Shown here: in pieces, positions 24,669 through 37,269 of the stretch
Layout: each line of letters opens with the position of its first letter
Numbering within the stretch: the first letter of the stretch is position 1
Assembly (NCBI GenBank): GCA_016748015.1
Contig: JAAOMT010000741.1
Coordinates: 434,001 to 498,000 of the forward strand
From: Geosiphon pyriformis uo1
Lineage: Eukaryota > Fungi > Glomeromycota
Direction of reading: 5' to 3'
Length of the DNA: 64,000 nt
Made by a program: the position numbers and the translations under genes
Notes under the pieces: generated by a model
The model's input: the letters and a program-made list of their open reading frames with translations, nothing else
Databases searched by the model: none
Told to the model about the DNA's origin: nothing

Positions 24669-27473
24669 AATTTGGTGCTCAATTGCTAATGTTGGTGTTG
24701 GTATCTGAAGGTTTTGTTGTAGAGTTCTTTGTATAATGAACAGATATTTAATTGATTGTTTTATTTATAGCTTCCTGAAACCACAGTTTCATCAATTTTT
24801 TTCTCAGCATGATGGCCAGTAATCCTCCTGGTAAAATATTCTTAATTCCGAATGTTTACCCTTATTTCTGGGTCTTTTACCAGTGCTATATCCTAACATT
24901 AGTATCTCTGCATATTAATCTTCTTAATCAAGTTAGTAGTAAAAGAAATCAAAAAAAAAATAAAAAAAAATAAAAAAAAATAAAAAAAAATAAAAAAAAT
25001 TAAAGAAATAAGTCAAGGCAGTTTGCAAATTGGTATTCCATCAATAGTTATGATCAAGAGTTATTGTTCCAGTGTAGTTTAAGTATCAATTTCTATTAAC
25101 ATGAAGTGTTGATAATGGAAGTGGATTGTAAATAACAAATAGCTAATTTATTAGTATTTGTGAATTTGAAAGATTGCTTAGATTAAATCTAAACTGAGAA
25201 GTCTGTCTTTTCTACTTCTAACTCTACCACTATATATACATAATTGAGATTTCTCAATTTTTCAATTTTTCACACCAGGAATCCTGGAATTCCTGGAATC
25301 CTGTAATTCTGTGATTCTTTGTATAAGAATTCTGAAATTCTTGAAATTCTGCAATTCTTCTGAGAGGAATTCTGGAATTCCATATTTACTATGGCTATTT
25401 CTGATTGGTTAAGTGATATGCTAATATACTTCCTATATTTTATGAGTAACAATGTCTTTTTAACCAGTATTAATTGTAAAAATCTAAAAACTACAGCTTT
25501 TTTTTAAATATATAAACATTTAAAACAGTTTAATTGTTTAAAATAATCTTAATTTAATTGAAAAAAAATATGTATTTTAATATAAAAGCAATTATTTAAA
25601 GTTTATCAAAATTAAAAAGACTAAATTCAATACTTTTATGTCAATATTTAATCCAAAACATGAAAAAATATAATTATTTTATAAGATATAATAGATATAT
25701 TTAATAATTATAAAAAATTATTTATAAAAATATTAATAATATTTACTTTTCATATTTTTAGACTATTATAAATAACAATAAAATTAAAAATATGTAAATA
25801 TTATTAAAATTGACTTATATTTTAATAAAAAATAACTAATACAATAATTTTGTTAAAAAATTTTGGAGTTTTTAAAGTAATTTTATTAAAATAATTTATA
25901 ATAAATAATTGTTAATTTTAAAATAAAATATCTTAAATTAAAATATATTTTCTTAAAAAAAAAATCTTAACTTATTATAATACTGTTTATAATTTAGCAC
26001 TTTTTTTTTCTAATATTTTAATAAATTAAAAATATATTTTATTAAATTACAAGTTATTTTTGCAAACTATAAATTATTTTGGTAAACTATTAAATATTTT
26101 ATCAAATTTTTAAATACTTCAGTAAATTTTAAATATTATATAATTTAGTGTATTGCATAATTTAATTATTATAATTTGATTATATTTGTGTTTTATATAA
26201 ATTAAGTTATTAATTAAATAATAATTTGGGTAATTTAATAAAATAATAAGTAATAAATTTTTTTTTATTAAAGTTTAATGAGTAAGGCCTAAAAGCCATC
26301 TAGAATAATACATTAAACTAAGTGATCTAAACTAAACACTAATTATGCACTTTTTACACATGACCAGCCACTTGAATCAGTCAAAAACACACTACACTGA
26401 TGTTATAGAAGAAAACTTATTTAAAGACAATATCTTTTGAATGACAAAAAACAAAATTACACTGCAAGAAACCAATCCAACTAGCCACTCAGCAGTTTTA
26501 AAGGAATCAGTTTTAACATCAACAGACTCATGTTCCCAAAGAAACATCAAGTTGAAAAACACTTCATCACTTACAACAAGCAAAAGCTCTAAATTACCAA
26601 ACATATTAATATCCTCTATGCAACACTCTTTTTTTAAGGAAACCACCTTTTTTTTCAACTTACCAATAATTTTACTAAAGGAATCCATATGTATTATAAC
26701 CTTATTAACACTAAGACCAACTTTGCTACTTGAAACCAAATCCTCATTAACAAATTGTTCAAACAATTTGACCAAAGAACCAACTGGTTTAACAATAGAC
26801 TTAACCAAAACAGAAAGCTTAGTTAAATCAGATTCCAAAGAAAACAATCAAGACAACACCACAGGATTACCAACAACAATTAAAAAAGAAACAAGAAATG
26901 ACAGAAGTAGAAATCCAGAGGAGTTTAAGGGAGCAGAAGTTTTGGCATAAGACTTAGAACCAACAAAGTAAAATGTAAACACTTTGGGAAACTTGGGAGG
27001 AAGAGATAGAAAAACCTTACAGTCTGTAGTCAGATGGCCTATCTTCTAACACTTGAAACAACACTAACAACCAGAAGTCTCCCACTAAATATGGCATTTT
27101 TTTAGTGTACCAGTTTTGACAATAGCAGAATTCAAATCAGCTTGAAAACCAAATATAATCAGAGCAAACTAAAGACAATAACCAGACTTAAGAGAATGAG
27201 AAATAAAACATGTCCAATTACCAACTTGAAAAATCATATCACTAATCTCAAAAGCTATGCACCCAGAAGGAAGATTAACCAACTTGGTCTTAAATCTATC
27301 ATAAGACAAAATAATCTTATTTTGACTTACCAAAGAGAGAATTCTAATACTATTTTTGCTCACCAAGACTGACCAATGATTCAAAGTAAACACAGCAGAG
27401 TCTAATTTCTCAAAATAAACCACTACATACTGCCAAATATCAGCAGACTTTAGCACAATATAAATAACACTAC

Positions 27474-28453
27474 TGTTACCAGAGGTTTTTTTGGTCTCTT
27501 TTCTGTAATGTTGTTGATACTTATTTGTTGTGAATTCACGTTTCCAGGAAGTAGTTGGACCTCCAGTAACTGAATTTATCTTCAAATTATCTCCTATAAT
27601 TTGAACTTGCTGGGCTTATGAGTGGAATGGCCAATTCTGTGCCAGTTGCTTTATGTAGTTACATTGTAGTAAATGTCAACTTTTTCCCAGGAATTGCTCA
27701 TCTGGAAGCTCACTAAAAATGTGTAGTTGCTTTGCTGTGAAAGTCAACTCTTCTACAGGAATCTTGTCTGTAGGCTACTCTAATAATTGTAATAAGAAAA
27801 GAAAGGAAAATAAAAGAAATGTAAAGAAATAGAATTCTGTCAAGGGAAACATTTTCTATCCAGGCCTGGAATCACTAACAGTTTACTGAAATTGGTAGCT
27901 AATCAATTTCAAACTGTTTAGTAGGAATTAGTTAATTTCAAAAGTGAAATAACTCAGAATTTGATTTTTCAATTATTTGATATTTATTTCGTTTTTGTGT
28001 GTAAAGGATGATTCTAATTGTTAAATCTAAAGTAAAATACATTTTCTCGAAGAGAGAAGCTCTTCTTTTATACAACTTGTCATAACACTATTCTATAAAC
28101 TTGAACTTTGCTATTTTCTACAATTTTGCTGAACTAAAGATACATTTCAGCAAACTACAAGTTATTTCGGCGAACTATTAGATATTTCAGTGAACTATCA
28201 ATTATTTCGGTGAATTTCTACAAATTTCGGTGAACTTCTGAATGTTACATAGTTCGGGGTATTGCATGATTGATCATCGCAATTAGGTTACATTTGTGTT
28301 GTGTGCAATTTGGGTTATTAATTAAATGATAATTTCGGACATTTTTTGCTAATGTAATAAGTGATCATTTGAAACGATAATATATGCTAATTAATGATAG
28401 GAATTATAAGATAATTTCATGCTAAATAATATCCCTAATTTTGTCTGGTAACA
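27474..28453. repeat. Family-B solo LTR
   Basis: TGTTACCAGA...TCTGGTAACA inverted ends, TSD CTAC/CCAC. Homologous to 33933-34739, which abuts a PPT-like tract and an integrase. Confidence 0.85.
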
Positions 28454-29012
28454 CCACCAAACACACTGAGAGCTGTCTTAATGTTAACAGCAAACACACC
28501 CAAGAGCACATCACACAGTACAACAGCAGCAAAAGGGAACTAGACTCAGAAACCACCAAAGACTTGGCAATTTTGAGAGTAGTCAAATGTACAGAGCTTG
28601 TAAGCTCAACCAAAAATACAGCTTTCAAAGACACTTAAGAAGCAAATTCCATATAAAACAGCTTTACATTGTTTTTTGATACTAACTTTACAACCAAAAA
28701 ACCATGTACTGACTGAAAAACAGCCTTAACATGAGCCAATTTGATCTTAAAAGTAGCACCAGACACTAAAATAGAGGCCACTCACTTAGCAAATCTTTGA
28801 CAACTAGTAATAGTTTTCTAAGCACCACCAGTGACAGCACCAAAAACCAAAGAAAAAGATGATTCAGTTTCTATTTGGTCAGCCCAGTTCTCAAGAACAG
28901 GTGACATCACAGGAAATGATTGTTTTGCTTTTAAAACTGACAACAATTTATTAGAAGACATCATATTAAGCAATACAGCCAGTAGTTGATCTTGGCTCAT
29001 CTTGGATAATAT

Positions 29013-29829
29013 TGTTATAGGAGTGTTTTCTTGGTATATTTTAATTGTTGATCTCCTGTTTTAATTGCAATCAGTCTCTCGTAAGTTTCTCAATTTTTAT
29101 GTGTTGGATATTAATAATAATGTACTGAAGATTTTCTTTTAATGTTGTGATGTAAGTCTTTTCTTTAATTTTAGTTGTCTTTGTATGTTGTGTACTTTTT
29201 TTCAGAGGCTAATCTGAAATCTACCTGCTGTTTGGGGTCTTCTCTGAAACTATCTTTGCAATTGCCTGATGTGTTTCTCTAATCTAGAAACATAGAATGT
29301 TAATGAACTTTTTATGATTTCTCTAAGAATATAATAAAGCTTTTTCAATTTAATTAGTAACCATGTAAATAATCTTGATTAGGGATTATTCTTCCAAAGG
29401 GTTCAAAGATAGAATAATATTTTTATTTACTAGAAAGAGTATGTGAATTCTATTGTTAATCTCGTAATTGTAATGTTTATTTAATTTATTATTTTTATTA
29501 ATTCTTTTTGAATAAGATTTTATTTAGATATTTGTTGCTTTTAGTTGAAGCTTGTTTTTTTTTTCATCATTAAAAACTATTGTATATATATATAATTATT
29601 GTTTTACAAAATAATGTCTTGTAATACTCTATTTCTATTATTTCTAAATAGTGCTTACTGCTATTGTAAAATAGTGCTTGCTGCTTTTGCATGATAGTGC
29701 TTGCTGCTATTGTAAAATAGTGCTTGCTGTTATTTGTAAATCATTTTTTTTGTAAATTGTTGCTGTATTATTTCATGATTGGCTAATTTATATTATTTAT
29801 AATTCCTATTAAATTCTTGAACTATAATA
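29013..29829. repeat. Family-C solo LTR
   Basis: TGTTATAG...CTATAA(C>T)A ends, TSD ATAT/ATGT, ~23-bp tandem repeats at 29646-29735. Homologues at 31078-31860 and 32325-33182. Confidence 0.8.
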
Positions 29830-30374
29830 ATGTATTAAATAATGCTATAGAGATCTCACCTAAAATTTCATTGGGAACTACAAAGGGGTTTGGTGTAACA
29901 ATAGCAGAGGCAAGTGACTGTCCCCACTTTTTTGAACTTTTGGTCTTTTTGATCATTTTTTTTGAAGAAATAGTACTAGCAGCACCAAATGTTAAAGCAA
30001 AAAAAGAGAACACTAGCTTGTTTACAAGTCTATTATTAAAAACTTTAGGGCTTTTAGTTGAAATAAAGGCAACACTGGGACTAACCCAAGTGTGTTTCTT
30101 TGAGGAAACTTTGACTAGTAAAAAACCAGTCAAAGATAAGAAAGTTGTTTCAATAGTTATTAAAGACAGCTTTTCACAATTATTAGGTAAAAAGAAAGCT
30201 TTTAAAACGTTCTGTCTAGTTGCTTTTACAACAGAAAGAGCTCTTCTGGTTGAAATTTTATTAGATATTTCAGAAAAGATATCAGATGCAATTTTTTTAC
30301 TCTTTGTTCTGGTTGTGGTCATAAAATTAAGGAAACAAAGAGTTTTTAATAATAAATTAAAACAATAATATATA

Positions 30375-31064
30375 TAAAAATTATATGAATAATTTTATAT
30401 TAATAATATTTCAAAATTCTATTGATAATAATAAATAATACTTAATATTTAATTTTATTAATATAATAACTAGTTTATTTTGGTATTTATCTTTTTTTAG
30501 TAAGTAATTTTAGTTCTTATAATTATATTTACACTTTTTTTTGACATTTTTTACTAGACAATTCTTAATATTATAATCTTAGTACTTGTTTTTTAATTAA
30601 TTAATAAAACAAAAAAAACAAATAAAAGAAGTAATAATAAAAATAGAAATTAATATTTTATTAATAGTTATAATTAAAATTATTATTTTAGTATTATTAA
30701 CTATATAGTATTAATACTAATAGTATTAATATAAATAGATTAAATTTTAAAAAACTAAATATTAATTTATAAAATAATGACTTTAAATATGATTAATTAA
30801 TGTATTTATTAAAATAATTATAATTATTAATAAAAATAATAATAAAAAATTAGACTGATTTTTATTTAAATTTGTTTGTTTTTAAAATAATTTTAATATT
30901 ACTATATATATATATATGAAAATTTTGAAATTTTTACAATTTTTTTGAGTTATTACTAAAATTTTCAGTATTTTTAAAATTTTTAATATTATATATTTTA
31001 ATTTTTTATTTTGTTATTGACTATTTATATTATTATTATTATTTGTTTTTCTATATAAATAATA
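30375..31064 (-). repeat. Highly degenerate family-A LTR
   Basis: Recognisable family-A blocks (GAAATTAATAT..TTAATAG, TACTATATATA, decayed U3 repeats). Confidence 0.55.
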
Positions 31065-31077
31065 ATAGCTAAAATAT

Positions 31078-33932
31078 TGTTATAGAATAGTTTTTTTAAT
31101 ATATTAAATATTAATATTTTATTATAATTATAATTAGTCTTTTGTAAGTTATTTAATTCTATTTGTATAATAATATTAATATTATAATATAAATTATTTT
31201 TCAATTTCTAATTGTTATGTGTATTTATGTACTTTTTTCAAAAACTAAATTAAAATCTATTTACTATGTTGAAATTTTTTTTGGAACTATTTTTGCAATT
31301 ATCTAATATATTTCTCTAATATAAAAACATAGAATATTAATGACTTTTAATACTTTTTCTAATTTTTACAATTAATTAGTAATAACATAAATAATTTAGT
31401 TAATAAATAATAATTTTATTTAATAAATAATACAAGTAAGTTTTTTAATACTTTTAATTATAATAATTTAGTTTCTAATATTATTTTTAATTTTTTTTAA
31501 TTTAAAGTTTTCTTTAAAAATAAAAACTAAATAATAATTAAATAGAAAATTAGAAATTAGTAAATTAAACTGTTAAATAAATTGTTGTTTTTCTTAATAT
31601 TAAAGTTATTATATATATATATATGTTTATAGTTTGATAAAAAAATATATTGTAATACTCTTTTTTTAATATCTTAATTTAATATTTATTGTTATTATTA
31701 ATTAGTATTTATTATTATTACAAATTAATATTTACTGTTATTATAAGATAATACTTGCTAATATATTAATTATTATCTTTTTAACATTATTACTATGCTA
31801 TATTATTATTGAATAATTTATATTATTTTATAAATTTTTTGTTAAATTTTTGAATTATAAAATTATTTTTTCTTTTTAAAATTAAATTTTATTAAAATTA
31901 AAATTATTTTTTTTATTAAATTCTAAGTTACTATAGTAGTCTAAAACTGTATTATTAATTTATTATTATAATTTTTGAAATTGTAAGTTAATAAGTTATT
32001 TAATATTATTAATTATTACTATTGTTTAAAATTTATTGTTTTAATGTTTAATTTGGTTAATTCTTCTAATGTAAATTAATAATATTTCAATAATAGAAAA
32101 ATTGCTTATGTAATCTTTTTTTATATTTAATTATATATGGTTTTCTAAATTGTTTTATAGTAAAACTATTAAATTTTTTATATATTTAGTGTTAATTATT
32201 TTTCTTTGTATATATATTTTTTTTTACAAGATTTAATTATAATACTACTTGAATTATTACTTTTAACAAAATTTTAACTGTTATTTTCAGATTAATTTTT
32301 AATAAAACTTCTAAGTAATAACATTATTATAATTAAAAATTTAGCAAAAAAATCACAAAATAATATAAATTATTTAATTATAATATAATGTAGTAATAAT
32401 CTTGAAAAAATAATAATTAATATAATAACAAACACTATTTTGTAATAACAATAAGCACAATTTATAATAATAGCAAATATTAATTAGTAATAGTAGCAAA
32501 AACTAGATTAAAATATCAAAAAAAAATATTATAATGTATTTTTTCATAAAATTACAAACATATATATATAATAGCTTTAATATTAAAAAATAACAACAAT
32601 TTATCTAACAGTTTAATTTTGTCAAATTTTAATTTTTTATTTTAATTATTTTTTAGTTTTTAGTTTTAATAAATATCCAAAGAAATTTTTAAATTAAAAA
32701 AAAATTAAAAATAATATTAGAAACAAAATTATCATAATTTAAAGTATTAAAAAACTTATTGGTATTATTTATTAAATAAAACTATTATTTATTAAGTAAA
32801 TTTCTTGAAAAAATAATTTTTGATTAAAATTATTTACATTATTACTAATTAATAAAAGCTTTATTATAAGAATTAAAAAAAACACTAAAAATTATTAACA
32901 TTTTATATTTCTAGATTAGAGAAATACATTAAATAATTTCAAAAATAATTTCAAAAAAGACCTCAAAACAATAAGTAAATTTCAGTTCAGTCTTTAAAAA
33001 AAAGTATATAAATATATACAACAATTAAAAATTAAAAAATAACTTATATTATAACATTAAAAAAAGTTTTTAGTATAAATATTAACATTATTACACAAAT
33101 AGAATTAAGAAACTTACAAGAAATTAATTATAATTAAAATAAAATATCAATATTTAAGATATCAAAAAACTATTTTGTAATAATATTATAAATTAATCTT
33201 CCAAATATTATAAATTAAATCTAATATTAATTAAATAAACTCTTTTGGATATTATTTCTAAGTACTTATTATTATAGTATTATATATTAATTTTTTAATC
33301 TAAATTAATATTGGTTAAAAAGTTTTTTAACTTGTGACTATTAAGTAAGTTTTATTAATTTATTACTTGATTTTAGTATTGCTAATTCTCAAAATTTTTT
33401 TTAAGTTTTTTATATATTAATACTTTTTGTAATATTAATTTTAACATAAAATAAGACAGTTTTTACAAAAATAAGTTTTGATTTAAATAAGATATTGTTC
33501 TTGTTTTTAGTAAATAAAACATAATTGTTAATAATTTTTTTGAAATTTTTTTAATAAGTTAAATATGTTATAGTTGATAACTTTATTGGTTATTTCAGTT
33601 GCTATTTTCTAATATTATATTTTTTTGGCAGTTTTTTTTCTTATTATTATTTATGTTATATTATTGAATTTATTTTTATTATATAAGTAGTTTTGTAATT
33701 TTTTTAGTATTTTACTAAATACTGCTTTAAACATTATTTTTCTTTTTACTTAGTTATAAATAAAAATTGTGTACTAATAAATTGTATTATATGTTCTTTT
33801 TTTGCTTAGTAAAACATAATTTTTTATTTTATTTGCTATGTTTTTTTGAATAATTATATTTTTTTTTAATATAATAATTATAATAATAATAGATTGGATC
33901 TTTTAAATTTTTATTTGATATATTGTATATAT
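31078..33932 (-). mobile_element. Degenerate family-C element (LTR 31078-31860 plus internal remnants) with an oppositely oriented family-C solo LTR at 32325-33182
   Basis: Both LTR copies align to 29013-29829. The inner copy has TSD ACAT/ATAT. Confidence 0.65.
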
Positions 33933-36782
33933 TGTTATCAAAATTTTTTAGTTTTTTTTACTTGTATGCTATTGTTATTGCTTTGTTATTAATTTCTAAT
34001 TATTAAAAGCTATTGAATTTCTGATAACTGAATTTATCTTTAAATTATCTTTTATAATTTGAACTACTGGACTTATAAGTAAAATAACCAATTTTGTGTT
34101 AGTTATTTGTATAATTATATTACAGTAAAAATTATCTTTTTTTCAAAAAATACTTATCTAAAAGCTTACTAAAAAATATGTAATTATTTTGCTATAAAAG
34201 TTAACTTTTTTACAAGAATCTTATTTGTAGACTATTCTGTATATTTTAAAAAAATATAATATAATATAAAAAATATAAAAAAAATTATTTTTTGTCTAAA
34301 TTTAAAGTTATTAATAGATTACTGAAATTAATGACTATTCAATTCCAAAATATTAGTTAGAATTTAGAGAATTTTACACAAAATAATTATAAATTTGTTG
34401 TAGTATTAATTTATGAATTTGTACTTTTTTTTGGCTATTATTTTGCCAAATTAAAAATATATTTTAACAAACTACAAGTTATTTTTATAAACTATTGAGT
34501 ATTTTGGTAAACTATTAATTATTTTGGCAAATTTTTAAATGTTATATAGTTTAAACTATTATGTAATCTGATTATTACAATTTGTGTATTATATAAATTG
34601 GGTTATTAATTAAATAGTAATTTAGATAATTTAATAAAATAATAAGTAATAAATTAAAATAATAATATATGTTAATTAATAATAGAAATTATAAGAATAA
34701 TTTTATGACAAATAATATCTTAAATTTTTATTAGTAATATAATTTTTTTCTCAAAACTAAACTTTGTTAAAAGTCTGAGTATTATCCATAATTTCTAAAT
34801 AATAGTCTAGAATTATTGATGTAATTTGTTCTAAAAATTGTTAGAATTTTAGTTTTATAAGTTTTTTAATATATTAAATTTTGTAGAATATTTTCACAAA
34901 TGTTAAATAACTCATAAATTTTAAGAATTGTTCTAAGTTTATAATAAGTATTTATGTGTTTAGTTGTTGTTTTGAATTTATTGTAAATTTGTTTTTGTAC
35001 TATTTTAAGAGTGAAGTTTATTGCTTTAAGCTCTAATTTTTGTTTATAAAGTGTTTTTCTAATGTAAAAATATTAATAAATTAGAGTATAATCATTGTTT
35101 TGTTTATTAAAACACAGTTAAAGTTTTTGTTAAATTGTAATATTTGGTAAAATACCAATAGGAACAAATAAAATATTTTTTTTAAAACTTGTTTTAAAAG
35201 TTCTGGTAAATAACTTTCAGAATAATTTCTTGTTTTTTTTATAGAAATAATAATTTTGCAATTTGTTTATTATTAGAGCTGTAGTTTTTTTTAAGTATAT
35301 TTAATTTAACTTTTATTAATTGTTATAAATAAATCAAAAAGTGTTTTTAATACTATTATTAATTTTTGAGATAATTGTTAAATGTTTTGTAAAATAATTA
35401 TGATAAATTAATTAAACTAAAAAAAAAGAAAAAAAAAAAAGAAAAATATTTTAGTATAGAGATTTTATCTGTTTTTAGTTTTGTGTATTTCTTAGAAATA
35501 TGTATTATTATTTGTTACTGTTTGTGTATTATTATTAAAAAACTTATTATAATAATAAAAATTAAATGTTTAAGTTGAGTTGTTGTTTTATTATAACTAT
35601 TGGTTCTAAATTTGGAAGAATTTTTTTGGAATTAATTAAAAGAGAATATATATTAATTTGTAGAATTAATAATTCAAAATTGGTTTTAAAGTAATAGTGT
35701 TTCAATTAATCTTTATGTGTTATTTTTGTTAGAACTTTGTTATTAAGTTTTAATTTATATAATCTATTACTTAGAACTTTGTAAATAAAAAATAATTTAT
35801 TCTATTTATATTCAAATTTTCTATTTTATTGTTTTTTAGTCTTAATTCTATATAAAAAAACTTTATTTCCAACTTTAAATTTATTGGCAACTGATAGCAG
35901 TTTGTTGTTATGCTGTTTTTATTGTTAAGTTTGTGAATATTTAATATAAGTGGCTATAATTTGTTATTTTTTTTCCAAAGTGTTAAAAAGAATATATGCT
36001 CTTTATTACAGTGTTTTTCAAAAGTTTTTTTCTGTAATTGGTTGTATTAAGTATGTTTTTATGGTAAAATTAATTGGTAATATTGCATTTTTTTCATAGA
36101 TTAAGTCAAATAATATGTGTTTTGTAGTGTTTTGTTTTAATGTTCTATATATTAATAATACAGATAAAATATTCTACAAGTTTATTATCTATGAATAGTA
36201 AAGTGAAAATAAAAGTCTTTTAACATTGAATTGTTTACAAATTTTTTGTATTAAATTGTTTACAAAATGTGTTTTTTAATTAGATAAAAGTTTAATTGAG
36301 CATTTATGTCTACAAATAATGTTTTTGTAAATAAAATTTGCTATTAATTTTGTATTTGTTTTTTAAATGACTTTAGCTTTAGACTATTTGGTAAAATAAT
36401 TTACTGCTATTAAAATATAATGGTTTTCTTTAGTTGTGATAAGTAATGATTCAATTAAATTAATACCAACTTTATTAAAAAGTTGTTTGACTTTAATTGA
36501 ATTTAAAAATTCAATAGAGCAAGTTTCTCCTTTTTTTTAACAATTATCACAAGATTCAATGTATTTTTAAATGTTTTTTTTTTATTTTGTTGTATTAATT
36601 TAAGTAAATTGGTTGAATTTTTGTAATTTTAATAATAGATTTTGTTATATAATTAAATAGTAATTCAGATAATTTAATAAGATAATAAGTAATAAATTAA
36701 AATAATAATATATGTTAATTAATAATAAGAATTATAAAAATAATTTCATGCTAAATAATATCTTAAATTTTTATTGATAACA
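33933..36782 (-). mobile_element. Internally deleted family-B gypsy element: 3' LTR 33933-34739, post-IN region, integrase ~35600-36570, LTR fragment ~36620-36782
   Basis: Decayed NHYILIAVNYFTK...ANFIYKNIICRH integrase core. LTR homology to 27474-28453. Confidence 0.7.
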
Positions 36783-37269
36783 GTATTTATAAATAACAAT
36801 TTTTTTTAACATACCAAATATTTTAGCTTTAATTCATATTGTTAAAATTTTTTTATAAAGTTTTTAACTTTATTTAAATCTGTTTTTATTTATTTAAGTT
36901 GGTATAGTTAATAGTTTTAGTTATGAGTTTTTTGGTTTTTAAACTGATTGTTTATTTTAGTAATTGGTTTTATAATTGGTTTTACTTGTGGTTTTTTAAT
37001 AAGTTTTTTTTTGGGTTTTGATTTTAATTTTTTTTTACAATTTTCAAACTTTGTTATAAATTTTAATTAAAAAAAAAACTTTTAAAATAATAATGAATAT
37101 TTTTTGTAAATAATATGTTTTCTTGATTGTATTATTTAAGTTTTTTTATATAACTAAAAGTTTTTAGGTATTTATAGAATTAATATTAATAATATTATTA
37201 TTTCTAGTGAGATTTGTATTTTATTTTTTAACAAAAAATAATAAAATTTGTCTTTTGGTAAATAAATAC

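Larger units (their letters stand above)
15357..25451 (-). mobile_element. Near full-length family-A Ty3/gypsy LTR retrotransposon (inactive)
   Basis: LTRs 15357-16209 and 24623-25451 (TG...CA), TSD ATGT/ATGT, PBS 24604-24620, domain order gag-PR-dUTPase-RT-RH-IN. Confidence 0.95.
26260..30347 (-). mobile_element. ORF1-only retroposon copy 2, interrupted by two solo LTRs
   Basis: Colinear with 12638-14919. Poly(A) at ~26260-26267. 11-bp TSD AGTAATAAATT (26249-26259) / AATAATAAATT (30348-30358). CFKC*KIGHLTTDC knuckle. Inserted in a family-B LTR remnant. Confidence 0.85.

Noticed and set aside
27474-28453. MITE/Ginger-like element with 10-bp TIRs
   Set aside because: A homologue at 33933-34739 adjoins a PPT-like tract and integrase, so it is a solo LTR.
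31078-33182. Long inverted repeat flanked by ATAT/ATAT, suggesting a TIR/foldback transposon
   Set aside because: The right arm has its own TSD (ACAT/ATAT) and the left arm abuts a PPT-like tract, so it is a solo LTR nested in opposite orientation.
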